64,000 bases of DNA from Eledone cirrhosa (lineage: Eukaryota): positions 17,794,001 through 17,858,000 of the forward strand of contig OZ024747.1 of the NCBI GenBank assembly GCA_964016885.1, in the 5' to 3' direction. Both the position numbers and the translations under genes were made by a program. Shown piece by piece: positions 46,311-63,361 of the stretch. How positions within the stretch are numbered: the first letter of the stretch is position 1; each line of letters begins with the position of its first letter. The notes under the pieces were generated by a model, which searched no databases, had not been told where the DNA came from, and was given only the letters and a program-made list of their open reading frames with translations.

Positions 46311-46864
46311 AGGCTGAACCGCCTTTGATTACATGTTTGCTTGATCAAGACTGGCTTGCTATTTGATCAGCTCTTTTTACAGTCTGAATTCAGTTCTAAC
46401 CTAGGTCCACCTTGCCTTTTTTTTTTTTCTCTGGGGTCGATAAAATTAATATTGGGTCGTCAAGTATGAAATTTCTTTTTTTTTCTAGAAATTCCTACAA
46501 ATTTCATACTTGACGACCCAATACTTTGATTAATATAATCGACTATAAAAGTGGTGGGTTGCCAGAATTGGTAGAGCGTCCGATAAACGCCATTGCAGTA
46601 TTTGTTCTGGCTTTTTACATTCTTAGTGCAAATCTCGCCAAAGTCAACTTTGCGTTTCATAATTCCGGGAGGCAGTAATATAAATTACTAATAATAAAGT
46701 ACTAGAGTTGATTTAATCAACTTTGCTCTTTCCCCTAATTTGCTGGCCTTGGGTCTAAATTAGAAATCAATATAATCAACTATACCCTACAAAGTATGGC
46801 TGTAACTCAATGACTGAAACGCTTGGAATAATATAATTTTTTGGCGTTATTCTATTAAAGTAAT

Positions 46865-47047
46865 GGCGGTGATTTGGCAGTATCGGTAGAAGGTCGGACG
46901 CCATGCTTTCCAGCATAGTTACGTCCCTTTACGATCTGAGTTCAAATCCTGTCGAGGTTAACTTTGCCTTTCATCCTTACGGGGTCGATAAAATAAAGTA
47001 CCAGTAATGCACTGGGTAATTGCTGGCCTTGTGCCAAACGTAGAAAC
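46865..47047 (+). mobile_element. SINE with 16-bp TSD
   Basis: GTTATTCTATTAAAGT on both sides. Confidence 0.9.
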
Positions 47048-47872
47048 AGTTATTCTATTAAAGTGAGCTCGTTTTCAGAGAGAGCGAACAAGAGAAAGAG
47101 AAGTGAGGCGAGAGATTGAGAGAGAGAGAACGTCTGTATGAATGATTGATAGTATGTGCGAGTGAGTTTGTTGGCAGAAATGTACGTTCCTTCGTTTCTT
47201 CATTGAGCCAACAGATCGATGAACAATTAGAGGTGATTTCTTTGACATGATCTATGTGTTTGTCCTGAAATACAGTGGTGCTTCTTTATAATCATCATTT
47301 GACTGGTGTAACTAACGGCCACAACCATCCTTTACCAATTACTGTGTTCATATTGAATTGTGATCCGGTTGACGGGTGCTTAGCTCTATCTATTGCAGGG
47401 ATTTGAATCTTTACAACACAGAAGACAAATGGTGGAACAGATACCGCAAGTCATCTCCTCCGACGCTCTGATAATTCTGCCAATCCATCACCACAAACTG
47501 GTATTTTATATTATCGATCTCGAAAAAGATGAAAGGCAAAGTTGATCCCGGCTGGATTTAAACTCAGAGTGCAAAGATCCGGAATAAATAGTTCAAAGCA
47601 TTTAATCCAATGATAACACGGCTCTACCAATTCACCGTCTTAGTATGTGTAACTGTTGTAATGTAACAATGATATTAGTGTTAGTTTGATTTTATGTTGT
47701 TTTGTATTTTTGTTTGCGGGGGGGGGGGGGGGGGGGCTTTCTTTTCTTGTAAGGTGACTCACCTGTAAGAAGTAAATATATTGATTTATAATCTAAAACA
47801 GATGAAACAGTATTTAGTTGTAAAATACGTGTAGCTAACTTCGATATTCTATTTCTCTCTATATATATATAT

Positions 47873-47946
<74 letters not shown>

Positions 47947-48229
47947 GGGATCTTTACGCTTCCTTCGTGTGAACAAGGAACAGTAATTGATGAAGCAGTA
48001 GAAAACTCGCACGAAAATAATTAAAAATAATCCGTTGGAGGAATCTTTTAGAGAAATATTTTACCTCCTCCACTTTTCTGTCTAATTTTAACTCTGTTAG
48101 TAATTTTACTGAAGAAAACCACAAAAGACAATAACAGATACGAACTTATTGGGTATAAACATATTTAATATTTACAAGAAGCAGCACGCAGCTGGAAAAT
48201 CTACTAAACACCATTCATTAATTTACTCG

Positions 48230-48336
48230 AAATCCCGCCGAGGTTAACTTTGCCTTTCATCCTTACGGGGTCGATAAAATAAAGTACCAGTAATGCACTG
48301 GGTAATTGCTGGCCTTGTGCCTAAAGTAGAAACAAT
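48230..48336 (+). mobile_element. 5'-truncated SINE with TSD
   Basis: ATTAATTTACTCGAAAT on both sides. Confidence 0.85.
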
Positions 48337-48553
48337 TAATTTACTCGAAATAAGGGTGGCGGATTGGTAGAATCGTAAGAGCACCAGAGAAGATGCTTTG
48401 TAGTATTTGATTACAGCTCTTTATGTTCCTAGTTCAAACCCCACTGAGGTCACCTTTTCATCCTTTAAATACCAATCACGTGCTGGGGTCGATTTAATCA
48501 ACTTTGGCCTTCGTTCAAATTTGATGATCTTGGGCCTAAAGTAGGGATAGATA

Positions 48554-48753
48554 CAGTCCTGTCAACTCTCCCCGTCCGACGAGAAAATCTCCCAGCCACT
48601 TTGGAGTGGGTAAAAGATATCTCTTGTGAAAATGGGTATAGCTTTCATTATGTAAAATCTCCCCCCCCCCCCATTTTGCCTCATTTCTCCCCGTTTGGGA
48701 GCCCTTTTTTTCATGGTACTCCCCGTTTGGGTTTTTAAAAGTTGGCAGATCTA
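48554..48753. mobile_element. hAT-like MITE, third copy
   Basis: Aligns to 27784-27978. Confidence 0.8.
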
Positions 48754-48867
48754 CTGATATAATCGACTATACTTTATAAGGCACGATTGTAACTTAATCA
48801 CTTTCCTCTACACCCTTAATTACTGGTCTTGCGCTTAAAGTAGAAATCATTAATTTGCTTTAACTAA

Positions 48868-49053
48868 GGGCGGTGGATTGGCAGTATCGGTAGAGGGTCG
48901 GACGCCATGCTTTCCAGCATAGTTACGTCCCTTTACGATCTGAGTTCAAATCCCGCCGAGGTTGACTTTGCCTTTCATCCTTACAGGGTCGATAAAATAA
49001 AGTACCAGTAATGCACTGGGTAATTGCTGGCCTTGTGCCAAAAGTAGAAACAA
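48868..49053 (+). mobile_element. SINE with 19-bp TSD
   Basis: ATTAATTTGCTTTAACTAA on both sides. Confidence 0.9.
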
Positions 49054-49949
49054 TTAATTTGCTTTAACTAAAACAGTGAACAGGTGGTTAAACAAATGCG
49101 CCAACGCAACCATGAGAAGAAGCGAATTAATTAATACAGAAAATATCTAATTAGATATAGACACCGATACCAAAAATTTAAAACAAAATCATTCAAATAC
49201 TTAGCAGATGGAACTGATAATAGACGACACAGAACAATGAAGGAGAAATTAGAAAATGTTCTTACAGGTGCGCCAGATTAATTTTAGAAACTAAACTCAA
49301 TGTTTTAACTTAATATGTACAAATTGAACTACCACCCAGATAAAGATAAAAATATCACTGAACTCGATGGTATATGTTAATACGTATAAATTGACAATTC
49401 AGATTATTATTAAAAACTGAACTGAATGATATAAGTTAATATGTATAATTGACTCACCAGCCAAGTCATAAACTAGCTTCAATGTAATAAACTGGGAACT
49501 AAATCAATTAAAGATCTACAAGTGAAAATCTAGAAAACTACTATCAGATATTTGAAACTGATATAGATAGAACGTAGACGGTGAATTGGTAATGTCGTTA
49601 GAATGTCGGCGGGAATGCGTTGAAGTATTCGTTCCGACTCTTTGCGCTCTCTGAATTCAAATCCCACCGAGTTCAATTTTGCCTTTCATCCTTTCGAGGT
49701 TGATAAAAAGAGTACCAGTCCACTACTGAGGTTGATTTTTCTCTATATCTCTTTCTCAATCCTCTCTCTCTCTCTCTCTCTCTCTAGTAGAAATCGGCTG
49801 TATCTGCTACAACTCCACCAGGACTTACGAGTTCATACATATATACATAGAATATATCTACTCTGCACACAAGGAGTTAGGATAAAATTAGAGAGATCTT
49901 ACCAATTAGTAGCAACGTATCTTAAACTACGTTTGTGTAAGCAAAAGAA

Positions 49950-51146
49950 AACTTAAGAAATTGCGTCGACAACGCAACACTTTTTACAGAAACCTACAAA
50001 AACACCAACCTTACCAACAAAACCACCGCTAACATTACCACAACCATAACTATCCACGAACAGAGAACACATACAAAAACTAACCACACAGACACCAAAC
50101 TTCATGCTAGCAAAGAGGGCGAACGAAGAATTGATGGCCCTCATAGCACGAAGTGAGGATATTGAAATCCCACATACATTAATGATGGTGCGCATATCTC
50201 TTGAGTCATACAAAAACAGTAGGGAAATATTCCCCTGTGATGTGAGAACCCCTAATGTAAAACAACACCATTAGGCTTTTAAAAGGGTTCACAGAGGAAT
50301 CCCAACTAGATATGGAGATCAAGCCAGCTGATATCAGGCAGCGCCGGAAGGGTAAGTAGCCCCATTTTTTCTGATAAACCTTTCCGACCTACATGGCAAT
50401 CTTAAGAGTAGGTTGCATCAATGTACGTGACCTGGGGTCATTTTGAAAGGAAGGTCACTCACTCTACGACCTCGGGTCATTAGTGATAAATGTGACAGCT
50501 GTCAACGAGATGATGGTTTCCGACACACATTAGCCCCCATGTTGGACAACTTTGAGATCTATGCATCTCTTTGTCAGCCTGGAATTAGAGGTAGCGTGGC
50601 AGGCTGCTTAGGAAATGCCTGGATCTCGAGGTAAGAACAATCCTCCCAGACTCGGGCGGTAAGTTGGTAGTCCTGGATGTGAGCAATAGTGAAGGTGGTG
50701 CTTTTAGACAGGTAGTCGTCTACACTCCGATTGTGGCTTTACAGCCGGATTCCTTCAGGCGTCTGGAATTTTTTCTAGAAACCTCTCGCCCTTTATTGTT
50801 AGCGAGGGGCTGGAGCGGGCTCTTGGACGCACGCTGGGATTGGGTGGGAGTAGCCGATAGAAGCTGGGGAGTGCAACATCCCCAAGAGTTTCGAGAAGAG
50901 AGGGTCACTTTCCTATGGTACCCCTCGAGATTAAGGTGGTTTAGAATCTGTGGGGTTCCTAGATAACCCTGGGAGATACTCCTCGCCCCAATAGGGAATT
51001 TTTATTATCATAATTTTATCTGATTTATTTTTTACACGCTTTTTTGTTTTGTTTTTTTTTTTGTAAATTCACACTGTCCCTGTTTTTGTAGTGTCCAACA
51101 TGTTTCGGCTCTTGTGGCCAATAAAGAAAGAATTATTATTATTATC
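49950..51146 (+). mobile_element. internally deleted, diverged relative of the Tx1-like LINE (ORF1 end, endonuclease 5' part, 3' UTR, ATT tail)
   Basis: From 50393, MAILRVGCINVRDLGSF*KEGH...GKLVVLDV..DSFRRLEFFLETSR..LLDARWDWVG aligns to the ORF2 N-terminus. From ~50895 it matches the 3' UTR, ending CTTGTGGCCAATAAAGAAAGAATTATTATT. The 5' boundary is approximate. Confidence 0.8.
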
Positions 51147-51375
51147 ATTGACAGAATCGTTGGTGCACCGGAGGAAATGCTTTACGGTATTTAGTTATGT
51201 TCTTTTAAATTTTGAGTTCAAGTCCAGCCAAGGTCAACTTTGCCTTTCATTCTTCACAGGTCGGTAAAATAAAGTACCAGACAAATACAGTAGTCAATAT
51301 AATCAACTTTCTCCACCCCCAAAATATCTAATACCTGGCTTTGTGCCTAAATATAAAAGCATTATTGTTGATGTT

Positions 51376-51518
51376 TTCCAGCATAGTTACGTCCCTTTAC
51401 GATCTGAGTTCAAATCCCACCGAGGTTGACTTTGCCTTTCATCCTTACGGGGGTCGATAAAATAAAGTACCAGTAATACACTGGGTAATTGCTGGCCTTG
51501 TGCCTAAAGTAAAAACAA
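51376..51518 (+). mobile_element. 5'-truncated SINE with TSD
   Basis: ATTATTGTTGATGTT on both sides. An older copy lies at ~51150-51362. Confidence 0.85.
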
Positions 51519-52024
51519 TTATTGTTGATGTTGTTATTTTCAGCTATTAATACGCACTCGACGGATAACCGTCGATTATGCTGCTTCTGCGGATCTCCGA
51601 AAACATGGTTCTTTCCGTTGTTGGCGTGTTGCTATAAACTACATACCTGACAAAAAAAATAGCAATAACGTAGTTTATTCCCCACCCCCTACATTTTAAA
51701 TATATAGTAGGGATAATTGGAATGGAAAAGGAAAAGGAAATTTACACGTATGCAGATTTAGAAGACCTCCTCTGATGGTGCATCACATAGGAGGTGTCTT
51801 GGGTATTTTGATAATGTGACATGAAGCTTTTCGCCAAAGAACACATTGTGCTGTTCAATCCAGGAATCGAACCTGCTACCTAATGGAAAAAGTTAAATAT
51901 ATATATCTCTCGTATACGGGTTTAACTGGCCTCCTCTGAGAATGCATCACGAAGGAGATTTCTCGGATATTTCAATGATAGAGTGGCCTTACCACCACCA
52001 CCACCACCACCAGCCCTATCATGG

Positions 52025-52354
52025 AAAGTAATGTGACATGAAGCGTCTCGCTCAAAATCCCACGGTGATGCTCGGATGTGGATTTGAACGAATGATATTA
52101 TGATTGTGTGTCAAACACCCTAACCATTAGCCCACACACCTTCCCAGTTGGACCAGTTCTCTCCAGACAGTAGAAAATAACTGCAAAGGAAAAAAGTAAT
52201 GTGACAAGAAACGTATCGCTCAAGAGCGGAAGGCGCTGCCCGGATGTGGATTTGAACCAATGATATTATGATTGTGTGTCAAACACCCTAACCATTAGTC
52301 CACTCGCCCTCCCAGTTGGACCAGTTCTCTCCAGACAGCAGAAAATAACTGCAA
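52025..52354. repeat. tandem duplication (~167 bp) of a tRNA-like SINE head plus flank
   Basis: AAAGTAATGTGACA...CCAGTTGGACCAGTTCTCTCCAGACAG.AGAAAATAACTGCAAA occurs twice. Confidence 0.75.
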
Positions 52355-53867
52355 ATGAAAGGTATCAATGTGTCAACCTACAAACTACACCAAGGTATAT
52401 TTCCTTTCATTTTTTTTTTATTTTATATTTTTATATTTTTATATTTTTATATTTTTAGTCTATATTTTCATTTTATATATTTTATTAGCTTTTTTTCTTT
52501 TTTTTTTTTTTTGTAGAAAACGAAATTTAAAACAGCAAAGCCACTTACCTTACGGGCGCAACAAATGGGGTAAATCCTTTTCATTTTCTTTTTGTGAGGT
52601 TTTTATGGTTTATTTTCTTGAGGAAGACAATAATAATGGTTTCGGATTTAGGCACAAGGCCAACAATTTGGGGGAGGGGGGGAAGTCGATTATATCGACC
52701 CCAGTGTGTCACTGGTACTTTATTTTATCGACCCCGTAAGGATGAAAGGCAAAGCTAACCTCAACGGGATTTGAACTGAGAACGTAAAGGGGTGAGGATA
52801 ATAATTGTTTCTACTTTTGGCACAAGGCCACCAATTACGCAGTAGATTACTGGTACCAGATAAAGATTATTATTATGCCTGCTTTTCGTCTTCTTTAGTA
52901 TTGTAATTCCTTTTGTTGTTGTTGTTGTTGTTTTCGTATTAATCCACTCCTTTAGAACTGTTATTGTAACTGTTGTTGACGTTGTTGTTACTGTTGATAT
53001 AGCAGATGATGATATTATTGTTGTTGACGTTGTTGGTGTTGTTTTTATTGCTGTTGATGTTGTTATTGTCGTTGGTGTCGTTGGTGATGTTGATATTAGT
53101 GTTGTTATTGTCGTTGGTGATGTTGATGATGTTGATATTAGTGTTGTTATTGTTGGTGGTGATGTTGATGATGTTGATATTAGTGTTGTTATTGTTGTTA
53201 TTGTTGTTGGTGTCGTTGTTGATGTTGATATTAGTGTTGTTGATGTCGTTGGTGTCGTTGGTGATGTTGATATTAGTGTTGTTATTGTTGTTATTGTCGT
53301 TGGTGATGTTGATATTAGTGTTGTTATTGTTGTTGGTGTCGTTGGTGTCGTTGGTGATGTTGATATTAGTGTTGTTATTGTTGTTGGTGTCGTTGGTGAT
53401 GTTATAGTTGTTGTTATTGTTGTTTGTGTCGTTGGTGATGTTGATATTAGTGTTGTATGTATGGTGTATTAGTGTGATTGTTGTTGATGTTGACGATGAT
53501 GTTGATATTGTTGATGTTGTTGATGCTGTTGGTGTTGATTATAATGATGTTGACGTTGATTATGTTGACATTTGCTGATGTTGTTGATGCTGATGTTGTT
53601 GTTATTGGTGTTGATGTTGTTGATATTGGTGATGTTATTGGTGATGTTGACGTTTGCTGATGTTGTTGATATTGATGTTGTTGTTGTTGTTGTTGTTGGT
53701 GATGTTGTTGCTGACGTTGCTGATGTTGATGTTGTTGGTGATGTCGATGTTGTTGATGTTATTGGTGATGTTGATGTTGTTTACATTATAACTTAGCATC
53801 TTTCAAAGTTGTGTTTGTGTTGCCGTCTCAGCACCAAATACACACATCATTCACTATCTTTACGATT

Positions 53868-53899
<32 letters not shown>

Positions 53900-53905
53900 T
53901 ACAAA

Positions 53906-53939
<34 letters not shown>

Positions 53940-54505
53940 GTCGTCGTTGTTGTTGTTGTTGTTTTTGTTGTTTTTGTTGTTTATGATGTTTATGATGTTA
54001 TATATGTTTCAATAAATCCGTTTTAGCGTACGGCACAGTAAGAAACAGTGTATATATATATATATATACATCTCACCGCCTCCACCATCATCATCATCAT
54101 CATTAGCTTCATTATAATTAAATTATTTTCCTACGAGATTTTGTTGGGGTTTTTTTCTTTTTTCTTTTTTCTATTTTTGGGGTTTGTTTGTTTTTTGTTG
54201 TTGTTATTTCCTTATGTTTTCTTCCCCTTTGCTTTCGTAGGTAGTTTTCCAATTTGAAAATAAATAAATTCAATTTAAAAAGAATATCCGAACTGTAAGT
54301 ATTTTAAAAACCTGAGAATTGTTTTCGTTTTGAGTGATAATATGTATGTGTGTGTGTGTCTCTTTGTGTGTGCGTGTGTGTGTCTGTATGTGTGTATGTA
54401 TGTATGTGTGTAAGTGTGCGTACGTATGTCTTTACTAGCGGAGAAAACGGACGTTAAATAACGACGATAATATACATATATACATGAATATACATATATA
54501 CATGA

Positions 54506-54556
<51 letters not shown>

Positions 54557-55039
54557 ACTTCTTATTCCGTCTTTGAGGGACTTCACCCTATTTTATAAGC
54601 TATTTCATAGCATCTCCGTGCATAGGCGCACCACTCTTTATATCAAATATATATATATATATCGTTTGTATGTATTTATGTATATATGTGTATATACGTG
54701 GGTGTGTATGAATTATTTATCATTATTCTTATTATTATTACTATTAAGGGTTAGATTCAGTGTAGAATAACTTTGTCTATTGTATGTAATGTTCCTGTTT
54801 CTGTTTGTGTTTACCTCATTCACCCCACAAGAAAAAAAATACAAACACACAGACTTGGTGAAAGAGGAGGCCAAGAGAACTTTATGAAACTCAATACTAA
54901 ATAGTAGAATCTTTTAGATAGTAGAAGGAGGTTGCCGAAAATACAGAACACTTAGTGACTTAGTGAGAAGGAAGTATGGCAGGCCTGCATTTTATTTTAT
55001 TATTTTTATTTTCAAGTTTGAAAAGTAAAAACATCGTAT

Positions 55040-58125
<3,086 letters not shown>

Positions 58126-58203
58126 ATTCTGGACAGAATTAGCCGTCGAAACAGAATTAGCCGTCGAAACGGCTTGAGCTCAGCTGTCGGGGTCTTACTG
58201 GTT

Positions 58204-58243
<40 letters not shown>

Positions 58244-58555
58244 CATTATACCTATATATACGTTATAAATGTATATATAAATAAATGTTTTACACTCTCT
58301 GCCTTGTTGTTATTTACGTCATTAAGATTAGCGAAATGTTCTCATTTATTCCAATATTCCTTTCTTTTATTTTTGTCCGCCAACCTTTAAAGAGATTTGT
58401 TTATTTCTTTGTTTTTACCATTAAACTTAATTCACATCTTTGATGTTAGATATTTGTTGAAACAGTTCTACTTACACAGCTTCTTAAAGTGGGATCTAGA
58501 CAACTAACAAACCTCACTTAGACTTCTTTATATATGTCTGAATAATAGAATCATC

Positions 58556-58792
58556 AAAATTAGAAGCCATCCGCATTTTAAGGCACGTGACCTGGCGGTT
58601 GTATTGTTCGACTCACCATCATAAGACCGTGAGTCAAATTCGTGGAACGAGCAGCACGTTGTGTTCTTGAGAAAAGAAACCCAAAATTAGAAGGCATCCG
58701 CATCTAAAGGCACGTGACCAGTCGGTTGTGATGTTCGACTCACGATCATTCGTGGAACGCGCGGTACGATGTGTTCTTGAGCAAAGAAACCC
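58556..58792 (+). repeat. tandem duplication (~126 bp) including a SINE head
   Basis: CAAAATTAGAAG.CATCCGCAT...TGTGTTCTTGAG.AAAGAAACCC occurs twice. Confidence 0.7.
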
Positions 58793-58904
58793 CATTTTAT
58801 GTTGCATTTCGTGATGCAACTGAGGCACTTGTCATTAAAATCCAAAAAACTCTGAGATGAGACTTCGTGAGAGGCCATAATACAGGCTGTAAATTAAATA
58901 TTTT

Positions 58905-59158
58905 AAGGCATTGTGAAATTTATTAAGAAGAGAAAATGAAAGAGGGCAGGCCATGTTGCACAAACTGATGACAATGGATGGATAACGTTATGTACAGAAT
59001 TAAGATCGAAGGGGCAGGTTGAATTAGTTGATGAAAGCAAAGGATGAGATGGATGAGATCGATAATTTTGCAGGTTCGATGTTACATGAATGAGAGCAGC
59101 GTGGGATAGGAACATTTGCAACCGGTTTACAGCGGCTGATGATGATGATGATGATGAT
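58905..59158 (+). mobile_element. RTE-clade LINE 3' fragment with (GAT)n tail
   Basis: IKKRK*KRAGHVAQTDDNGW...MRAAWDR (cf. KWRWAGHIAR..W..A.DR), followed by (GAT)n. Confidence 0.65.
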
Positions 59159-59242
59159 ATACATCCGACTTGCACGTTATCTACAGTTGTATGTGATGAT
59201 GAATCCTACATATATATAACCTTAAACGATATTTCGTTAACC

Positions 59243-59320
<78 letters not shown>

Positions 59321-59326
59321 GAACAT

Positions 59327-59656
59327 CCGGGATTTGACTACTGTGATTTACCGATTGATGGTGAAATATTTTGTTTATTTAATGAAATATATACAAAGGA
59401 GATTAATCATTTTAAAAGGTATCTATATTTGAAGTTCTAGTTAAACTTTAATTAGTTACCTACCTAGCTGTGTATGCTTACACTCTTTACAAATTATTCC
59501 CTGTGATTGTTTCATATGTTGATTTTATATATATATATATGTCAATCTATTTCTAGTTGATATAAAATGCTCGGATCTATTCATTGGAATCTTTGAGTAT
59601 ATTCTGCAGTGGATATGGCGCATGTCTCTCAGACATGACACCCTTAATTTGATTTT

Positions 59657-59660
<4 letters not shown>
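59327..59660. repeat. dispersed copy of the 26307-27218 repeat (opposite orientation), in (TA)n
   Basis: Reverse-complement alignment, e.g. AAGTTCTAGTTAAACTTTAATTAGTTACCTAC. Confidence 0.85.
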
Positions 59661-59731
<71 letters not shown>

Positions 59732-60743
59732 TATATATATACTTTGTTTTTTAACTTGTTTTGTAAAATATTTGGTGTGAAACCGTGTTGAAACAAATGT
59801 TGTTTTAGTTATATTGAAGAAATATATTATACACATGCACCAGTTCTGTTTCACTTTGGTTTTACTATTAGTTAGAAAAGAGTCCATTCCTCGGTTATTT
59901 AACTGGATAGTTATTTAAAAGTCATATTTTGTTTGCCAAAGTTCTTTGGTCACACATAGTGAGACCTTGTCAATGACTATTCTAACTCGACCGTGTTTCC
60001 TCTTTGTTTTAATTTAATTTTATTTGCTCCACCTTACCATAACTAATTAATTATAAAACCGAAGTGAAACTCAACTAGTTGGTGTGTTTCTATTGGCAAC
60101 ATGACGTCCATGATTCGATCCAATTGCGTGACAGTTAAGACAAATATTTTGTTTTCTTTTTTCTTTTCTTTTTTTGCCATAGCCTCGTGCCAATCCACGC
60201 CCTGTGACTGGAATTGGACAGTCATTATTCGGACCCGGTGTGCAGCTTCAGATGTCCGTAGGAAGGTAGTTGTTTGTACTTAGCGAAGGTTTTTAAAACC
60301 TTGTGGGGGTTTTTATCGACTCTTGGGGAAAAAAAAACAAAGATTTACTTTTCAAATATAATCTTGGCTCTTCCAGCGCATCTCCCTTACCATTCTCCGG
60401 GGAAACGCATTCTCCATTCTGTCCGCCGGAGCAGTGGGGCGGCCAACACGTGGGGCCCCATTTGTTCACTATACAGAGAGATGGGGAGGGCGAGAGTGAT
60501 GGGGGTGATGGCGGTGGGAGTTCGGCTCTTGCGTGTTCGGACACATTACACCTGTCAAGAGTGTTTTCATATTTACACATCTTCCTATTTATTGTTTATT
60601 ACAGACTGTCTATCTTCCCCCAATTATATATTAGAGAATTTCATTATATATTAAAAAGTAATCTTATTTCGTGTGACACAGGAAGTTGATTGATTTACTT
60701 AAACTTCTGAAACTTTTATTCCCTCTACTGAGGATAAACTCTC

Positions 60744-60897
60744 CCAGTCCCATTTATACTTTGTATCCAGTCTCATTTATACTTTGTATCCAGTCTCATT
60801 TATACTTTATATCCAGTCCCATTTATACTTTATATCCAATCTCATTTATATTTTGTATCCAGTCTCATTTATACTTTATATCCAATCTCATTTATAC
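60744..60897. repeat. 23-bp minisatellite (CCAGTCTCATTTATACTTTGTAT), 6-7 copies
   Basis: Directly visible. Confidence 0.85.
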
Positions 60898-61625
60898 ACT
60901 GTGTACTTGTAATTCAAATGTCAAATCTTGTCAAATATTATGTCACCATACAGAGATATGAGGGCGAGAGAGATGGAGGCGATGACAGTGGGAGTTCGGC
61001 TCTTCCACATTCTGACCATATCCCTGTGGTTGCGTTCATTATCTATAGAGTTCATTCTATTAGTCGATAAGTTGTCTACATTGTTATTTTCTAGGGACAA
61101 TGACAATGTAAGAATAAGTTTATGTAATTACTTCCCCTTCCACAGTATACACTACCACTACACACTACCACTACACACTACCACTACACACTACCACCCC
61201 AACTTTAACAGAGAAATTGGCTTTAACTGTTTCAACTGCCTGAATCATACAGATTATCTTGCCGAGGTCAACTTTGCGTTTCATTCTTCCGAGGTTGATA
61301 AAATAAAATACTATTAAACGACTTCCCCTTGCACTAAAAATTGTTAGCTTTGTGTCTAAAGCAGAAGCTATATATTGTCATACTGATTCAATCTGAGAAT
61401 TATGTTAATTGTACACGTGTCTATGGGATACTCAGGTACATAGATAACATCGGATTCCGTGGAGGGCCCATGCTGCTAAGTATAACGCAACAATGGGGCT
61501 ATTCAGTCTACTTTCACCGAGTTTCCGAGTTTCCTTATACTAAAAGAATTTGGACCTCATTTCACGTCAGGGAATAATTCCATACCTGTGTGTGGGGCTT
61601 CTTACTGCAACGTTTCATTCTCCAT

Positions 61626-61660
<35 letters not shown>

Positions 61661-61661
61661 A

Positions 61662-61720
<59 letters not shown>

Positions 61721-61739
61721 TAGACCAAGCATTGCTCTT

Positions 61740-61963
61740 GTGGATTAGCAGTAGCGGTAGAGGGTCTGATGCCATGCTTTGTAGCATAGAGCTACGACCC
61801 TTTATGATCTGAGTTCAAATCCCACCGAGGTTAACTATGCCTTTCATCCTTATGGGGTTGATAAAATAAAAGTAAAAGTACCAGTCACGCACTGAGGTCG
61901 ATTTAATCGACTTTCCCCCCCTCCCCAAAATTGCTGGCCTTGTGCCTATATAAGAAACCATTA
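61740..61963 (+). mobile_element. SINE, long-tail variant
   Basis: Consensus plus the GTCGATTTAATCGACTTTCCCC insert, as at 22820-23036. Confidence 0.85.
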
Positions 61964-62809
61964 CTCTTTTATTTATATATATATTGTTAGTGTTTCTATC
62001 TTCCTTGCAGGCCAACTCTCCATCTGGCTACCAGAAGCAGAGAATTGCTGAACAACATGAAATAAATAAACAGACGTATTTCATTTACTACATTTTGCAA
62101 GTTTAGTCAACTGGAAAGAATTTTTCTTTTAGATTTTTCTTATACATCTTTTCTTAAATTCTTTTGGTACTTCTAAATCAACAAAGAAACAAAACATTCA
62201 AATTTTTTGTTGATGTTGTTGTTGTTGTTGTTGTAGTTTGTATTGATATTGTTGTTGTTGGTGGTGGTGGTGACGGTGGTGGTAGTGCTGGTGCTGGTGG
62301 TGATGGTGCTGGTGACGTTGGGGGGGGGGGGGTAGAAATGGTCGTTGTTGAATCCTTTGTCTCCTTAGGTCAGTGGTGGTTGTGGTGGCGGCGGCGGCGG
62401 CGGCGGTGCGACGATGATGGAAATTACCGTGGCCTGGTTTTCTTGAATATTTTGTTGTCGAGTATTGGTGGTGGTGGTGCTGGTAGTACTGGTGCTGGTA
62501 ATGGTGCTGCTGGTGGTGGTACCGGTGCTGGTAGTGGTGGTGGCGATGGAGGTGGTGACGGCGATGGTGATGAGGGAAATTAGCATGGCCGTGGTTTTGT
62601 TGAATATTCCGTAGTCGAGTAAATCCTATCAAACCTGGTGGTGGTGGTGGCGTTAGTGGTTACCATGAAGGATAACGAAGAAGACATGTTTGTACATGGA
62701 TTCAATTGGGCAAGATGTTAGACGTGAAACCATATTCAGAATAAAATACAAATTATTCTATTAGATTTGCTCGAAAAATAGTTCATGATAACTAAATTTT
62801 TGCAACTAT

Positions 62810-63065
62810 GGCTGTCTTACTTTCACGCTACACTCCGCCAGTTGCAGACTGCGTATCAACATGAGATTTTTTTTCTCCACAAAGTTCGATCACCAACATC
62901 AGAGTTTAAAGAGCAAAGATCAAGTCCAGTCCATCGTTTTGGCTGCCGACCTCTGCTTCTCTTACCAGCCAACCTTCCTTCCAGGCATAACCTACTCACA
63001 CCACGAGTTGGTCTTTTTATATGACCGTATAGTTTGAGTACTCTTGACATAACAATTGATGCAAT
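62810..63065 (-). mobile_element. RTE (BovB-like) LINE 3' fragment
   Basis: LKLYGHIKR...LEGRLAGKRSRGRQPKRW motif. Confidence 0.7.
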
Positions 63066-63361
63066 TGATCTAAGTCTGGTAATGTTGAGCAGTATTTGTC
63101 AGACTTCTTGTGCTCTCAGTTCAAACCCAGCTAGGGTCAACTTTGTCTTTCATCCTTTCAGAGATGATAACATAAAGTAGCTGTCCAGGGAAGTGAATTA
63201 ACAAAATTATTATGTCGAACGAGATGCCTTGCGGTATTTATTCCGGTGCCTTGCGTTCTGTGTTCAAATAATGCTGTGACCTACTTTTGTGACAGACTTA
63301 ATCCGTCAAGTGGTTTAACTCCACCAATTGATCCTTGAGTACATTCATGTCTCTGGTTTAA

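Noticed and set aside
60744-60897. Regular 23-bp repeats resembling a CRISPR array
   Set aside because: No unique spacers and a eukaryotic context; it is a minisatellite.
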